Assembly: GCA_046598945.1 (NCBI GenBank)
Contig: JBKJHT010000033.1
Coordinates: forward strand, 10,008 to 74,007
DNA length: 64,000 nt
From: Burkholderiales bacterium
GTDB taxonomy: Bacteria; Pseudomonadota; Gammaproteobacteria; Burkholderiales; JALYOK01
Direction of reading: 5' to 3'
The stretch's first letter is position 1, and each line of letters begins with the position of its first letter. A model generated the notes under the pieces. The model ran no database searches and was not told the DNA's origin. It saw nothing but the letters and a program-made list of their open reading frames with translations. This document shows positions 50,841 to 59,877 of this stretch, piece by piece. The position numbers and the translations under genes were made by a program.

Positions 50841-51275
50841 ATGGAAGCCTGGCTCACCAATCTTTTCGGATCGCAATCGGGCCTCATCGCGCTGTTCCTG
50901 TCGGGGTTTTTCGTTGCCATGTTCATCCCCGGCGGCGCGGAAATTTTCCTCTTCAGCACGATTAGACTCCATCCTCAAATGTTCTGGCAAGCCATTGCCG
51001 TCGCGACGCTGGGGAACGTGTTGGCCGGCATGACGACTTATTGGATCGGCCGATTGTTGCCACAAGGAAAATCGCTGCCGGACAACGCGAAGCGCTGGCT
51101 GGGCCGGATTCACGATTATGGCCAACCGATTATGTTGATCGCGTGGGTGCCGTGGCTTGGTGAAGCAATTTGTATTGCGGCGGGGTGGCTGCGCTTGAAT
51201 TTTCCCATCTCGGCGCTGTTCCTCAGTATCGGAATTTTCGTGCGCTTCTGGTTGACGGCGCTAGCGGCGCGATAG
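50841..51275 (+). CDS. YqaA/DedA-related small membrane protein
   Basis: 144 aa with 4 TM segments. Contains FFVAMFIPGGAEIFLF...YWIGRLL. Confidence 0.65.
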   Translation: MEAWLTNLFGSQSGLIALFLSGFFVAMFIPGGAEIFLFSTIRLHPQMFWQAIAVATLGNVLAGMTTYWIGRLLPQGKSLPDNAKRWLGRIHDYGQPIMLIAWVPWLGEAICIAAGWLRLNFPISALFLSIGIFVRFWLTALAAR

Positions 51276-51332
51276 TTTCTTTCGGCATCGCGCCACGACC
51301 GGGTGGCCTAGGGCCAGGCAAGTGGGATCAGG

Positions 51333-51360
51333 TTGACATACCTTGTCGTGGCGGCATAAT
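51333..51360 (+). promoter_or_regulatory. putative sigma-70 promoter
   Basis: TTGACA-16 nt-CATAAT, followed by an AGGAGA SD before ATG 51396. Confidence 0.45.
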
Positions 51361-51395
51361 ACTCTCACGACTTGCATGCCGTAGGAGAAAAGTAA

Positions 51396-51671
51396 ATGAA
51401 GCGATTGAATGGATTTGCGTTTTTATCTATAGGGCGATTATTTTGCGTCGTCCTCGTCGGCCTTGCATTTCTAGTTTCGACCGGCTGTGCCTCGGTGCCG
51501 GACAAAGACCGCGGCGCTGCTCGCGCCAGCCAAAAAGGCAAAGTATCCAAGGAAGGCGAGCGCATCACGATCGAAGAACTCGATCAGTTGACCTACGGTT
51601 TCGCCGATCGCTACATGGCTTATATCGTCAGCGCCTGCGACGAGATCGAGAAAACCGGTGCAACGGCGTAA
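51396..51671 (+). CDS. lipoprotein-signal N-terminal fragment (5' part of a gene interrupted by an in-frame TAA)
   Basis: MKRLNGFAFLSIGRLFCVVLVGLAFLVSTGC has a lipobox-like end. The ORF stops at TAA 51669-51671, in the same frame as the next ORF. Confidence 0.5.
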   Translation: MKRLNGFAFLSIGRLFCVVLVGLAFLVSTGCASVPDKDRGAARASQKGKVSKEGERITIEELDQLTYGFADRYMAYIVSACDEIEKTGATA

Positions 51672-51692
51672 CAACGTCGCCTCGCCCATCAA

Positions 51693-52847
51693 GTGAAACT
51701 GGTGCAAGTCAGTTCCGTTCTCGACATCGTCACCAACGCCGATCCGTTTACGCAGTTACTGGATCTGACATTGGTGGTCACGTTGCAAAGCCAAAAATGG
51801 TTAGATGAAGATCTGGCGGAAGAATGGTTCGGCGATCGGGCGCAGGCGCTGATCGATGTGTCACAAAAAGCGCGAGCCGATATTTGGAAGATTGCCAGCC
51901 GCGTGATGAAACCGGAGCAACTGGAGGTGATGGATTATTTGATCTGGGATTGGCGCCGCAAAAATGCCGACGTCGCGGTCGTATCGTTTGTGCGCTTTGA
52001 TGACTTTGCAGCCTCGCGCGGCAAATCCATGATCGCCGATGTGAAAGGCGGCACGGGTTTGCTGGCGCCGGTGAATGATGCCATCAAGTCCGTCGACGAG
52101 CTGCGGCAGCTCACCGAGCGCGCGTTTTACTACGGCAAGCGCATGCCGTTCCTGATGAATGGACAGGCGGAAGCCGCGGTTGACAATATTCTTGGCAATA
52201 GCCAGATCGAACGCATGACGCAATCCGTTGCCGCAGTGTCTAAAAATGTTGATCGCATCACCGCAATGACGGAACGTATCCCCGATGAAATCGCCAAGAC
52301 ACAGGCGCGGGTGGTGAACGACGTGGAACGTCTGCATCCCATGCTGCTCGCGGGGCTCGGCCAATATCGCCATGCGGTGAGCGATACCGAAGATCTGGTT
52401 GGGTCGGTCAATCATGCAACGACTACCGCTGATTCCTTGCTGAAGACCTTGCAGGATACGAGCGTGACTTTGAATGCCGCGATGGGATCCGTCGATAAGA
52501 TTTTCATGGCGCCAAGCCGCAACGAACCCAAACCGAGAAACGAAAAGCCCTTCGACATCGACAGCTACACCGCTTCGGCGTTGGCGAGCGCGCTGAAAGA
52601 AGCCAACCAACTGCTCAACAGTACCAGTGAGATGCTCGGCTCGCCGCGCTTGGAACAACCCATTAAGCAAGTGAACGCCATTGCGGCGGCGCGGGTCGAG
52701 CATGCGCGCGTGAGTGGCACGCGAATTATCGATGTGGCGTTCTGGCGCGGCGCGGCGCTGATCGTTCTATTCTTCGTGACGCTGACACTATATAAGGTGT
52801 TCATGGCGAGATTTGCGCCCAAGGGCGGTGGCACGCAGAATGTTTAG
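51693..52847 (+). CDS. hypothetical helical protein with C-terminal TM anchor (3' part of the interrupted gene)
   Basis: 384 aa from a GTG start. Ends with TM segment AFWRGAALIVLFFVTLTLYKVF. It is in-frame with 51396..51671, separated by only 7 sense codons plus one TAA. Confidence 0.55.
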   Translation: MKLVQVSSVLDIVTNADPFTQLLDLTLVVTLQSQKWLDEDLAEEWFGDRAQALIDVSQKARADIWKIASRVMKPEQLEVMDYLIWDWRRKNADVAVVSFVRFDDFAASRGKSMIADVKGGTGLLAPVNDAIKSVDELRQLTERAFYYGKRMPFLMNGQAEAAVDNILGNSQIERMTQSVAAVSKNVDRITAMTERIPDEIAKTQARVVNDVERLHPMLLAGLGQYRHAVSDTEDLVGSVNHATTTADSLLKTLQDTSVTLNAAMGSVDKIFMAPSRNEPKPRNEKPFDIDSYTASALASALKEANQLLNSTSEMLGSPRLEQPIKQVNAIAAARVEHARVSGTRIIDVAFWRGAALIVLFFVTLTLYKVFMARFAPKGGGTQNV

Positions 52848-53655
52848 CGTGGTCTCGATCGCAACCACGAAATTGGCGCGCATGCGCCCGTTGATGCTTT
52901 CCGTTGTAGTGGCAATGCCGTTGCCGGCCACCGCACGCGAGACCACGCTAACCCCACCCGGCTGGCCGAAGGCGAAAGATAGCTTGCAACACGATATCGC
53001 GAAGGTCAAGCTGGATGCACGGCTAGCGGACTATAGCCGCGTCGACAAACTGGACGGCAAAGTTCGCGGCATTGGGTCTTCGACCTTAAGCAATCTGATG
53101 AATCGCTGGGCCGATGCGTTCAAACTGCTCTATCCCGGCGTCGAGGTCGAAATCACGGGCGGCGGATTGGGCATGGCGATCGCTGCCTTGCTGGAAAACC
53201 GCACCGAGCTGGCGCCCATGAGCCGACCGATGACGCAGAAACAGCTGGCCGAATTTCAGGGAAAGTTTGGCTATGCGCCGACGCGAATCACCGTTGGGTT
53301 GGATGCGATCGCCGTGTATGTCAACAAATATAATCCGCTTGAAGCGATGAGCTTGAAACAGCTCGACGGTGTGTTTTCCGCCTCGCATAAGCGCGGCGGC
53401 GAAAGTATTAAAACCTGGGGGCAGCTTGGGCTGGACGGCGACTGGGCCGATTTGGACATCGCACCAAAGGGTCCGGCGAAAACCCACGGCATGTACGGTG
53501 TGTTCAAAGAGTTGGTGATGGAGAACGGCGAGTTTCGCTATGATTTAAAGTCCCAGCCGGTATCGACATCGATCGTGAAGGACATCGGCGCAAGGAAACT
53601 ATCCGTTGAACGCCGAAGTGAGCGCGAAAGAATGTTTCGGAAATCTGTAGCCTGA
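52840..53655 (+). pseudogene. PstS-family periplasmic binding protein, apparently C-terminally truncated and degenerate
   Basis: Contains GSSTLSNLMNRWADAF...GGGLGMAI (PBP_like_2 N-lobe). The anion-binding SGT-type loop is replaced by KTHGMYG. Only about 45 aa follow, where about 120 are expected. The ATG overlaps the upstream stop by 8 nt. Confidence 0.5.
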
Positions 53656-53727
53656 GCGGTGGTTGATCTCGATCCGGCCGTAACGGTCGCGCCACCGAGC
53701 CGACCGCTCTGGAAAAATTACAAAGTA

Positions 53728-54066
53728 ATGATTCCAATCTGGCTCGGCTTGTTGGGGTTGGTTTGGTTGGGCGTATCCTTGGGCGTAGACAAGCGCGTCA
53801 TCGCTTCGGTTGTGTTTTTGCTCGGCTTGCTGTCAAATGCGTTTGCCTGGCTACTGGGTATCATCGCCTTGTTTCCAATCGTGGGGCCGTTGATCGTCAA
53901 AGCGTTGTCGCTGTCGATTATTTGGATCTTGAACGCCCTCGGCTATTTGGTTTCGTTTGTGGCGATCCGGCGCGGCTACTCACGCGATGTCATGACCTAT
54001 CGCGGGCTGACAGTGGCGTTGATTGTCGGAATCATTATCGGCTATATCGTCGGTAAATATGTTTAG
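53728..54066 (+). CDS. small 4-TM membrane protein, unknown function
   Basis: MIPIWLGLLGLVWLGVSLG... Start taken at ATG 53728. I do not recognise a family. Confidence 0.5.
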   Translation: MIPIWLGLLGLVWLGVSLGVDKRVIASVVFLLGLLSNAFAWLLGIIALFPIVGPLIVKALSLSIIWILNALGYLVSFVAIRRGYSRDVMTYRGLTVALIVGIIIGYIVGKYV

Positions 54067-54187
54067 TGCGGTAAACCGTTGTTGCCTTCCGCGCTGGAAT
54101 CCTGAATAATCGGGAGGAAGGTCTTATAGAAGACCGGTGGTTTCAACCAATTCAATCTAACAGCATCCTAGTTGGGAGGAAAATTCT

Positions 54188-55858
54188 GTGGCTAACGAAA
54201 TTGCAGCATCCGGCGCAAGAGCGCGCGGCGAGGGCATGACCCGCGAAGAAAAGAAAGTTGTTTTTGCATCGTCGTTGGGTACGGTGTTCGAGTGGTATGA
54301 CTTTTATCTGTACGGAAGTCTTGCCGCGATCATCAGCAAGCAATTCTTCTCCGGCGTGAATGAGACCACAGCGTTCATTTTCGCCTTGATGGCGTTTGCG
54401 GCAGGCTTCGCCGTGCGGCCGTTTGGCGCGATTTTCTTCGGCCGGCTAGGCGATATGATCGGCCGCAAATATACCTTCCTCGTCACGATTATGCTGATGG
54501 GTATTTCGACCTTCGGCGTGGGATTACTGCCGACCTACGCGTCGATCGGCTTGGCGGCGCCGGTCATCCTCGTTGTCTTACGATTGTTGCAGGGTCTCGC
54601 GCTGGGCGGTGAATACGGCGGGGCGGCGACCTACGTCGCGGAGCATGCGCCGAAAAACCGGCGCGGCTACTACACCGCGTGGATTCAGACGACGGCGACC
54701 GTTGGCTTATTGATCTCCTTGGTCGTTATCCTCGTCACGCGCGAGTCGATCGGCAAAGATGCGTTTGAAGCCTGGGGCTGGCGCATTCCGTTTTTGATCT
54801 CAATCGTGCTGCTCGGCGTCTCGGTGTGGATTCGTTTGTCGTTGGATGAATCGCCGGTGTTCCAGCGCATGAAAGCCGAAGGCAAACAATCGAAAGCGCC
54901 CTTGAAGGAGTCGTTCGGGCAATGGGGCAACTTAAAACTGGTTTTGATCGCGCTGTTCGGCGCCGTGGCCGGTCAAGCCGTGGTGTGGTACACGGGCCAG
55001 TTCTACGCCTTGTTCTTCCTCACGCAAACGCTGAAAGTCGATGGCAATACGGCAAACTACATGATCGCCGCGTCGCTGATTATCGGTACACCGTTCTTCA
55101 TTGTTTTCGGTAGCCTGTCGGACAGAATCGGTCGTAAACCGATCATCATGGCCGGATTGTTGGTCGCTGCGCTGACGTATTTTCCGATCTTCAAAGCGAT
55201 CACCACGTACGCCAACCCGGCCCTCGCGCATGCGCAGCAGAATTCGCCGGTGACGGTGGTTGCGGATCCGGCCAGTTGCCATTTCCAATTCGATCCGGTC
55301 GGCAAAGCGAAATTCACTAACTCCTGCGATATCGCGAAAAGCGCGCTGGCCAAAGCGGGTATTTCCTACTCGAACGAAGCCGTACCCGCCGGCACCCCAG
55401 CCCAGATCAAGTTCGGCGCGAATACGATTGATGTCTACGATGGCAAGGCCGCCGATGCGAAAGAGCGGGGCGAAGCCTTTAAGAAGACCTTTGGCGAGGC
55501 GGTCAAAGTTGCAGGCTACCCGGCAAAGGCCGATCCAGCGGGCGTAAACCACGTAATGGTGACGCTATTGCTGACCTTATTGGTCATCTACGTGACAATG
55601 GTTTACGGCCCGATCGCCGCATTTTTGGTCGAACTCTTCCCAACGCGGATCCGCTATACATCGCTGTCATTGCCCTACCATATCGGCAATGGCTGGTTCG
55701 GCGGTTTCTTGCCGACGACGGCCTTCGCCATGGTCGCGGCGACGGGCGATATTTACTACGGGCTGTGGTATCCGATCATCATCGCATTGGTCACATTCGT
55801 CATCGGCATGTTGTTCATCAAAGAAACCAAAGACGTGGATATTTTGGCGAAAGGCTAA
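54188..55858 (+). CDS. MFS transporter (metabolite:H+ symporter family) with a ~115-aa hydrophilic insertion
   Basis: GTG start 8 nt after GGGAGGA. Contains VFEWYDFYLYGSLAA and GRLGDMIGRK. The insertion spans about aa 341-455. Confidence 0.85.
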   Translation: MANEIAASGARARGEGMTREEKKVVFASSLGTVFEWYDFYLYGSLAAIISKQFFSGVNETTAFIFALMAFAAGFAVRPFGAIFFGRLGDMIGRKYTFLVTIMLMGISTFGVGLLPTYASIGLAAPVILVVLRLLQGLALGGEYGGAATYVAEHAPKNRRGYYTAWIQTTATVGLLISLVVILVTRESIGKDAFEAWGWRIPFLISIVLLGVSVWIRLSLDESPVFQRMKAEGKQSKAPLKESFGQWGNLKLVLIALFGAVAGQAVVWYTGQFYALFFLTQTLKVDGNTANYMIAASLIIGTPFFIVFGSLSDRIGRKPIIMAGLLVAALTYFPIFKAITTYANPALAHAQQNSPVTVVADPASCHFQFDPVGKAKFTNSCDIAKSALAKAGISYSNEAVPAGTPAQIKFGANTIDVYDGKAADAKERGEAFKKTFGEAVKVAGYPAKADPAGVNHVMVTLLLTLLVIYVTMVYGPIAAFLVELFPTRIRYTSLSLPYHIGNGWFGGFLPTTAFAMVAATGDIYYGLWYPIIIALVTFVIGMLFIKETKDVDILAKG

Positions 55859-55873
55859 GCCTGCGCAGTTATG

Positions 55874-55906
55874 AAAGCCCTCGGTAATTGCCGAGGGCTT
55901 TTTTTC
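55874..55906 (+). terminator. rho-independent terminator of the MFS gene
   Basis: AAAGCCCTCGG-TAATTG-CCGAGGGCTTT followed by a T-run. Confidence 0.85.
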
Positions 55907-55967
55907 GCCGCGCCAGGAGGCTCAAGGATAGGGGCTGGCCTGGGGCCACTGCATCTGCAGGCGCACC
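55907..55967 (+). repeat. REP-like intergenic repeat copy (diverged)
   Basis: GCCGCGCCAGGAGGCTCAAGGATAGGGGCTGGCCTGGGGCCACTGCATCTGCAGGCGCACCC. Confidence 0.45.
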
Positions 55968-56018
55968 CATTGGAACGGCAAGCAGGGTGCGGCTCTCCAG
56001 GCACCGCCTCGGTAATAT

Positions 56019-56777
56019 TCAACTTCCCTTAAAGTCGCGTACGACATGTTGTTGCCGTCGACTCACCGGCAGTTTTTCTTCGCTCCCCGTAAGCAGCACC
56101 ACCCAATGGCCGTCACTGCCCTCTTCGGCGACTCGCTCAAAACCGCGCACGGCGTCGCGCGCCACGAGGCACGCGCGATGTACACGCAAAAATTTTTCGC
56201 CGAACTCCTCTTCTATATTGGTCAACGATTCTTCGAGCAGGTACTCACGCTCGGCGGTTTTGATGGTGACGTATTTCAACTCGGCGCGCAGATACAGCAC
56301 GTCGCTCAGCGCAACGAGCAGGATTTTGCCGCGCTCCGAGACGCTCAAATGACTGCGGGCGCGTTGTTGTAATTGTTCCAAGCCATTCAGCCGCACGCCC
56401 AACCGCCCTTTGGCTTTTTCCAGTGCGGCCTGCAGGCGCTCGCGCCGAATCGGCTTAAGTAGATAGTCAACGGCATTCAGTTCAAAGGCCTTGACGGCGT
56501 AGGCGTCAAACGCGGTGGTAAAAATAATCGCCGGCGGCGCCGCTAGGTTCTGTAGATGGCGCGCCACTTCGATGCCATCCATGCCGGGCATGCGAATGTC
56601 GAGCAGAATGATGTCGACGCTGATTTCATTGAGCAGTTTGACCGCCTTTAGCCCGTCGCTTGCCTCGGCGACCACCGATAACACCACGTGCTCGCCGATG
56701 TCTTGCAGGATCTCTTTGAGGCGATTGCGCGCCGGCAATTCATCGTCGACCACGACTATTTTTAGCGGCGCGTCCAT
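56019..56777 (-). CDS. algR: LytTR-family response regulator (AlgR-like)
   Basis: 252 aa. REC domain with DIILLDIRMPGMDG, followed by a LytTR DNA-binding domain. It is coupled to the upstream kinase and adjacent to argH, as in Pseudomonas fimS-algR. Confidence 0.8.
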   Translation of the reverse strand: MDAPLKIVVVDDELPARNRLKEILQDIGEHVVLSVVAEASDGLKAVKLLNEISVDIILLDIRMPGMDGIEVARHLQNLAAPPAIIFTTAFDAYAVKAFELNAVDYLLKPIRRERLQAALEKAKGRLGVRLNGLEQLQQRARSHLSVSERGKILLVALSDVLYLRAELKYVTIKTAEREYLLEESLTNIEEEFGEKFLRVHRACLVARDAVRGFERVAEEGSDGHWVVLLTGSEEKLPVSRRQQHVVRDFKGS

Positions 56778-57793
56778 CAGCGTTTTGTAGTATAGGGAAT
56801 GGTGATCGTCACTTGATAGCTGGCGCTGAGAATTTGGCTTTTCATTTCCGCCTCGACATCAAAATGTAGCGCCAAACGTTCGCGAATGTTGTTGAGCGCC
56901 ATTTTGTTGCCTTCATGATGGGTACCGGAATCGCCCCGGAAGGGATTGCGTAAAACGAAAACGACTTGATCGCGGTTGCGGTAGATATTGATGTTGATCT
57001 CGCCCGGCTCGGCGACGGGCTCGATGCCATGATAGACGGCGTTTTCCAATAATGGTTGGAGAATCAGCGGCGGCACCAAGGCATCTTCCGGCATGTTATC
57101 GATATGCCAGGCGACGCGCAGCCGCTCGCCGAGCCGGAGCTGTTCGATTTCGAGATACTGGCGGCATAGGACAAACTCGGTTTGCAAGGGCACGAGCTGC
57201 CGGTTGTCCGCCATGAGCACACGGAAAAGATCCGCCAGATCCTCCAGCACGCGCTCGGCGCGGCGCGGATCGGCGCGCATTAAACTCAAGACCGCCGTCA
57301 AGCTATTGAACAGAAAATGCGGGCGGATGCGCGCCTGCAGCGCCTGCAGCCGCGCTTCGGTAATGGCCGGCGATAGTGCCCGGCCACGCAAATTAAGATA
57401 CATCAGAACAATCCCGGTCGAGACCAGCGTGAAAACCAATACCGCCGGCAGCGAGAGAAGATCTTCCCCCGACAACAACGCACCGATGCCGAAAAACAAG
57501 ACGACGCCGATTACCACCTCAAGAATAAGCACCGCTACCACGAAATCACGGTAGGGTTGGCCGACAAACAAGCGCCTCAGCCCACACAACAACAACAGGC
57601 TGGTCAGAAGCGCCGGCTGAATAAAAACGGAGAGCGGCAAAAACTCCTGCAAGAACCCCGGCCAGCTCGGATCACGCGCCATCCCGGTCAGAACGCCCAG
57701 CCCGTTGACGATCAGTATCACCCGCAGCATCACGCCAAGGTTGCAAAAATCGGGCAGCGCGGGCGGTGGCGTGTTTTGATTTATACTTGCCAT
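56777..57793 (-). CDS. fimS: LytS/AlgZ(FimS)-type sensor histidine kinase
   Basis: 338 aa. Four to five TM segments, then an RPHFLFNSL (His_kinase) motif and an HATPase domain. There is a 1-nt overlap with algR. Confidence 0.78.
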   Translation of the reverse strand: MASINQNTPPPALPDFCNLGVMLRVILIVNGLGVLTGMARDPSWPGFLQEFLPLSVFIQPALLTSLLLLCGLRRLFVGQPYRDFVVAVLILEVVIGVVLFFGIGALLSGEDLLSLPAVLVFTLVSTGIVLMYLNLRGRALSPAITEARLQALQARIRPHFLFNSLTAVLSLMRADPRRAERVLEDLADLFRVLMADNRQLVPLQTEFVLCRQYLEIEQLRLGERLRVAWHIDNMPEDALVPPLILQPLLENAVYHGIEPVAEPGEININIYRNRDQVVFVLRNPFRGDSGTHHEGNKMALNNIRERLALHFDVEAEMKSQILSASYQVTITIPYTTKR

Positions 57794-57818
57794 CCTTTAA
57801 TTGTAAGCAGCTTTTTCC

Positions 57819-59216
57819 ATGTCCGGTCAACAAGACGATTCCGCAAAAGCCTGGTCCGGCCGCTTTTCGCAACCTGTTGCGGAATTGGTCAAACGCTACA
57901 CGGCGTCGGTGGAATTCGATCAGCGACTGGCGGAATTCGACATTCAAGGATCGCTGGCCCATGCGCGCATGTTGGCGAAGCAAGCCATTATCAGCGCGGT
58001 GGACCTGGCCGCCATTGAACACGGCTTGGCGGAAATCTTAGTGGATATTCGCGCCGGTAAGTTCGTCTGGTGCATCGATCAGGAAGATGTTCACCTCAAC
58101 ATCGAAAAGCGGCTGACGGAATTGGTCGGCGACGCCGGCAAGCGTCTGCACACTGGGCGCTCGCGTAACGACCAAGTCGCAACCGATATTCGCCTCTTTC
58201 TGCGCGACGCGATTGACCAGATCATGGCCGCGATAAATAAACTGCAAGTTTCTATCGTCGGCCTCGCCGAGATTCATGTTTCGACCCTGATGCCGGGTTT
58301 TACTCACTTGCAAGTCGCTCAGCCCGTCACCTTCGGTCATCACTTGATGGCTTATTTTGAAATGCTTGAACGTGATCGCGCGCGAATGAGCGACTGCCGC
58401 ACGCGCGTCAACCGGCTTCCGCTTGGCGCCGCGGCGTTGGCGGGCACCAGCTTCCCCATCGACCGGGCGTTCGTTGCCGAAGCGTTGGGTTTCGATGGCG
58501 TGTGCGAAAATTCCTTGGACGCCGTGTCGGACCGCGACTTCGCGATCGAATTCTGCGCCGCCGCGGCAATCGTCATGACCCACCTGTCCCGCTTGTCGGA
58601 AGAATTAATTCTGTGGATGAGTCCCCGATTCGGATTTATCGAGCTGGCGGATCAGTTTTGCACCGGCTCGAGCATCATGCCGCAAAAGAAAAATCCCGAC
58701 GTCGCCGAACTCGCGCGCGGCAAAACCGGCCGCGTCAACGGCCACCTCATCGCTTTGCTGACCTTGATGAAAGGCCAGCCGTTGGCCTACAACAAGGACA
58801 ATCAAGAGGACAAGGAACCGCTGTTCGACACCGTCGATACGCTGTTGATGACGCTGACAATCTACGCCGATATGCTCAAAGCCGTGACGGTTTACCCGCA
58901 GGCCATGCGTCAAGCAGTGTTGGAAGGCCATGCGACGGCAACGGATTTGGCGGATTATTTGGTCAAGAAAGGCGTTCCGTTCCGCGATGCTCACGAAGCC
59001 GTCGCCCGAGCCGTCCGCGCGGCGGAAACCCAAGGTTGCGATCTGAGCGCTTTGCCGCTGGCGACTTTGCGCGGCTTCTCGGCGCTGATCGAGCAAGACG
59101 CGCTAGCCTTGCTTACCCCCGAAGGATCGCTCGCAGCACGCGACCACATCGGCGGCACCGCGCCCGATCAGGTGCGCGCCGCCATACAGCGCGCCAAAGT
59201 CAAGATCAACCTCTAA
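57819..59216 (+). CDS. argH: argininosuccinate lyase
   Basis: 465 aa. Contains WSGRFSQP...[11 protein letters not shown]...[12 protein letters not shown]. Confidence 0.97.
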   Translation: MSGQQDDSAKAWSGRFSQPVAELVKRYTASVEFDQRLAEFDIQGSLAHARMLAKQAIISAVDLAAIEHGLAEILVDIRAGKFVWCIDQEDVHLNIEKRLTELVGDAGKRLHTGRSRNDQVATDIRLFLRDAIDQIMAAINKLQVSIVGLAEIHVSTLMPGFTHLQVAQPVTFGHHLMAYFEMLERDRARMSDCRTRVNRLPLGAAALAGTSFPIDRAFVAEALGFDGVCENSLDAVSDRDFAIEFCAAAAIVMTHLSRLSEELILWMSPRFGFIELADQFCTGSSIMPQKKNPDVAELARGKTGRVNGHLIALLTLMKGQPLAYNKDNQEDKEPLFDTVDTLLMTLTIYADMLKAVTVYPQAMRQAVLEGHATATDLADYLVKKGVPFRDAHEAVARAVRAAETQGCDLSALPLATLRGFSALIEQDALALLTPEGSLAARDHIGGTAPDQVRAAIQRAKVKINL

Positions 59217-59791
59217 GACGCCGACTTCGGCACGTGTTCGCGGCACACTAACCTGGTTTCGGGTCCCGACAATCGCTCCGCGAACAACGCACAGTGGTGT
59301 GTGCGCTGGCTCTTACGTTGGCAATAAATACAGGTATTGCAAACCCCAAAAGTACGTGCGCCGTTGTGGTTTTGCAGCATGTATAAGGTTTCGCGCAATG
59401 CCGAAACACCATTGCGGATGCGGTTGGCGCTGATGTTGCGGGTGGCCGATTGCCACATGGAGGCCGGCTGCATCTCTTCCAACATCTCCTCTCCCTGTTG
59501 GCTTAGGCGCAGTCGAACGACGCGCCGGTCGACCTCGTCTTGGTAGCGCTCGATCAGCCCGCGCCGGTCCAAAAGCAGCAAACTCTGCGATACGGTACCC
59601 TTGGTGACACCCAGAAATTCGGCCAGGGACTGTGGCGTATTGCTGAATCGATTGGCCTGGTTGAGAAACAGCATTGCCTCTAAATGCACCGGCTGGAGCC
59701 CTTCTTGGCCAATCACTCGACGCATTTCGGCGCGGATAAGATTCCCCAAACGCTCGACCAACTGCAACATCGCCACCGGATTCTTGAGCAT
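59213..59791 (-). CDS. MarR-family transcriptional regulator with Cys/His-rich C-terminal extension
   Basis: 192 aa. wHTH region [43 protein letters not shown], then [39 protein letters not shown]. Confidence 0.8.
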   Translation of the reverse strand: MLKNPVAMLQLVERLGNLIRAEMRRVIGQEGLQPVHLEAMLFLNQANRFSNTPQSLAEFLGVTKGTVSQSLLLLDRRGLIERYQDEVDRRVVRLRLSQQGEEMLEEMQPASMWQSATRNISANRIRNGVSALRETLYMLQNHNGARTFGVCNTCIYCQRKSQRTHHCALFAERLSGPETRLVCREHVPKSAS

Positions 59792-59806
59792 GGCCCACCG
59801 CCTTTT

Positions 59807-59829
59807 ATTAGTATCGAGTCGACACTAAT
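59807..59829. promoter_or_regulatory. 23-bp palindromic operator-like site 1
   Basis: ATTAGTATCGAGTCGACACTAAT, with one mismatch from perfect dyad symmetry. It lies 16 nt upstream of the marR-like start. Confidence 0.6.
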
Positions 59830-59857
59830 TTATCAAACCTGCATTTTATCAAAAAAA

Positions 59858-59877
59858 TAGTATCGAGTCGATACAAT
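59858..59877. promoter_or_regulatory. palindromic operator-like site 2
   Basis: TAGTATCGAGTCGATACAAT. The core GTATCGAGTCGATAC is a perfect dyad. Confidence 0.6.
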
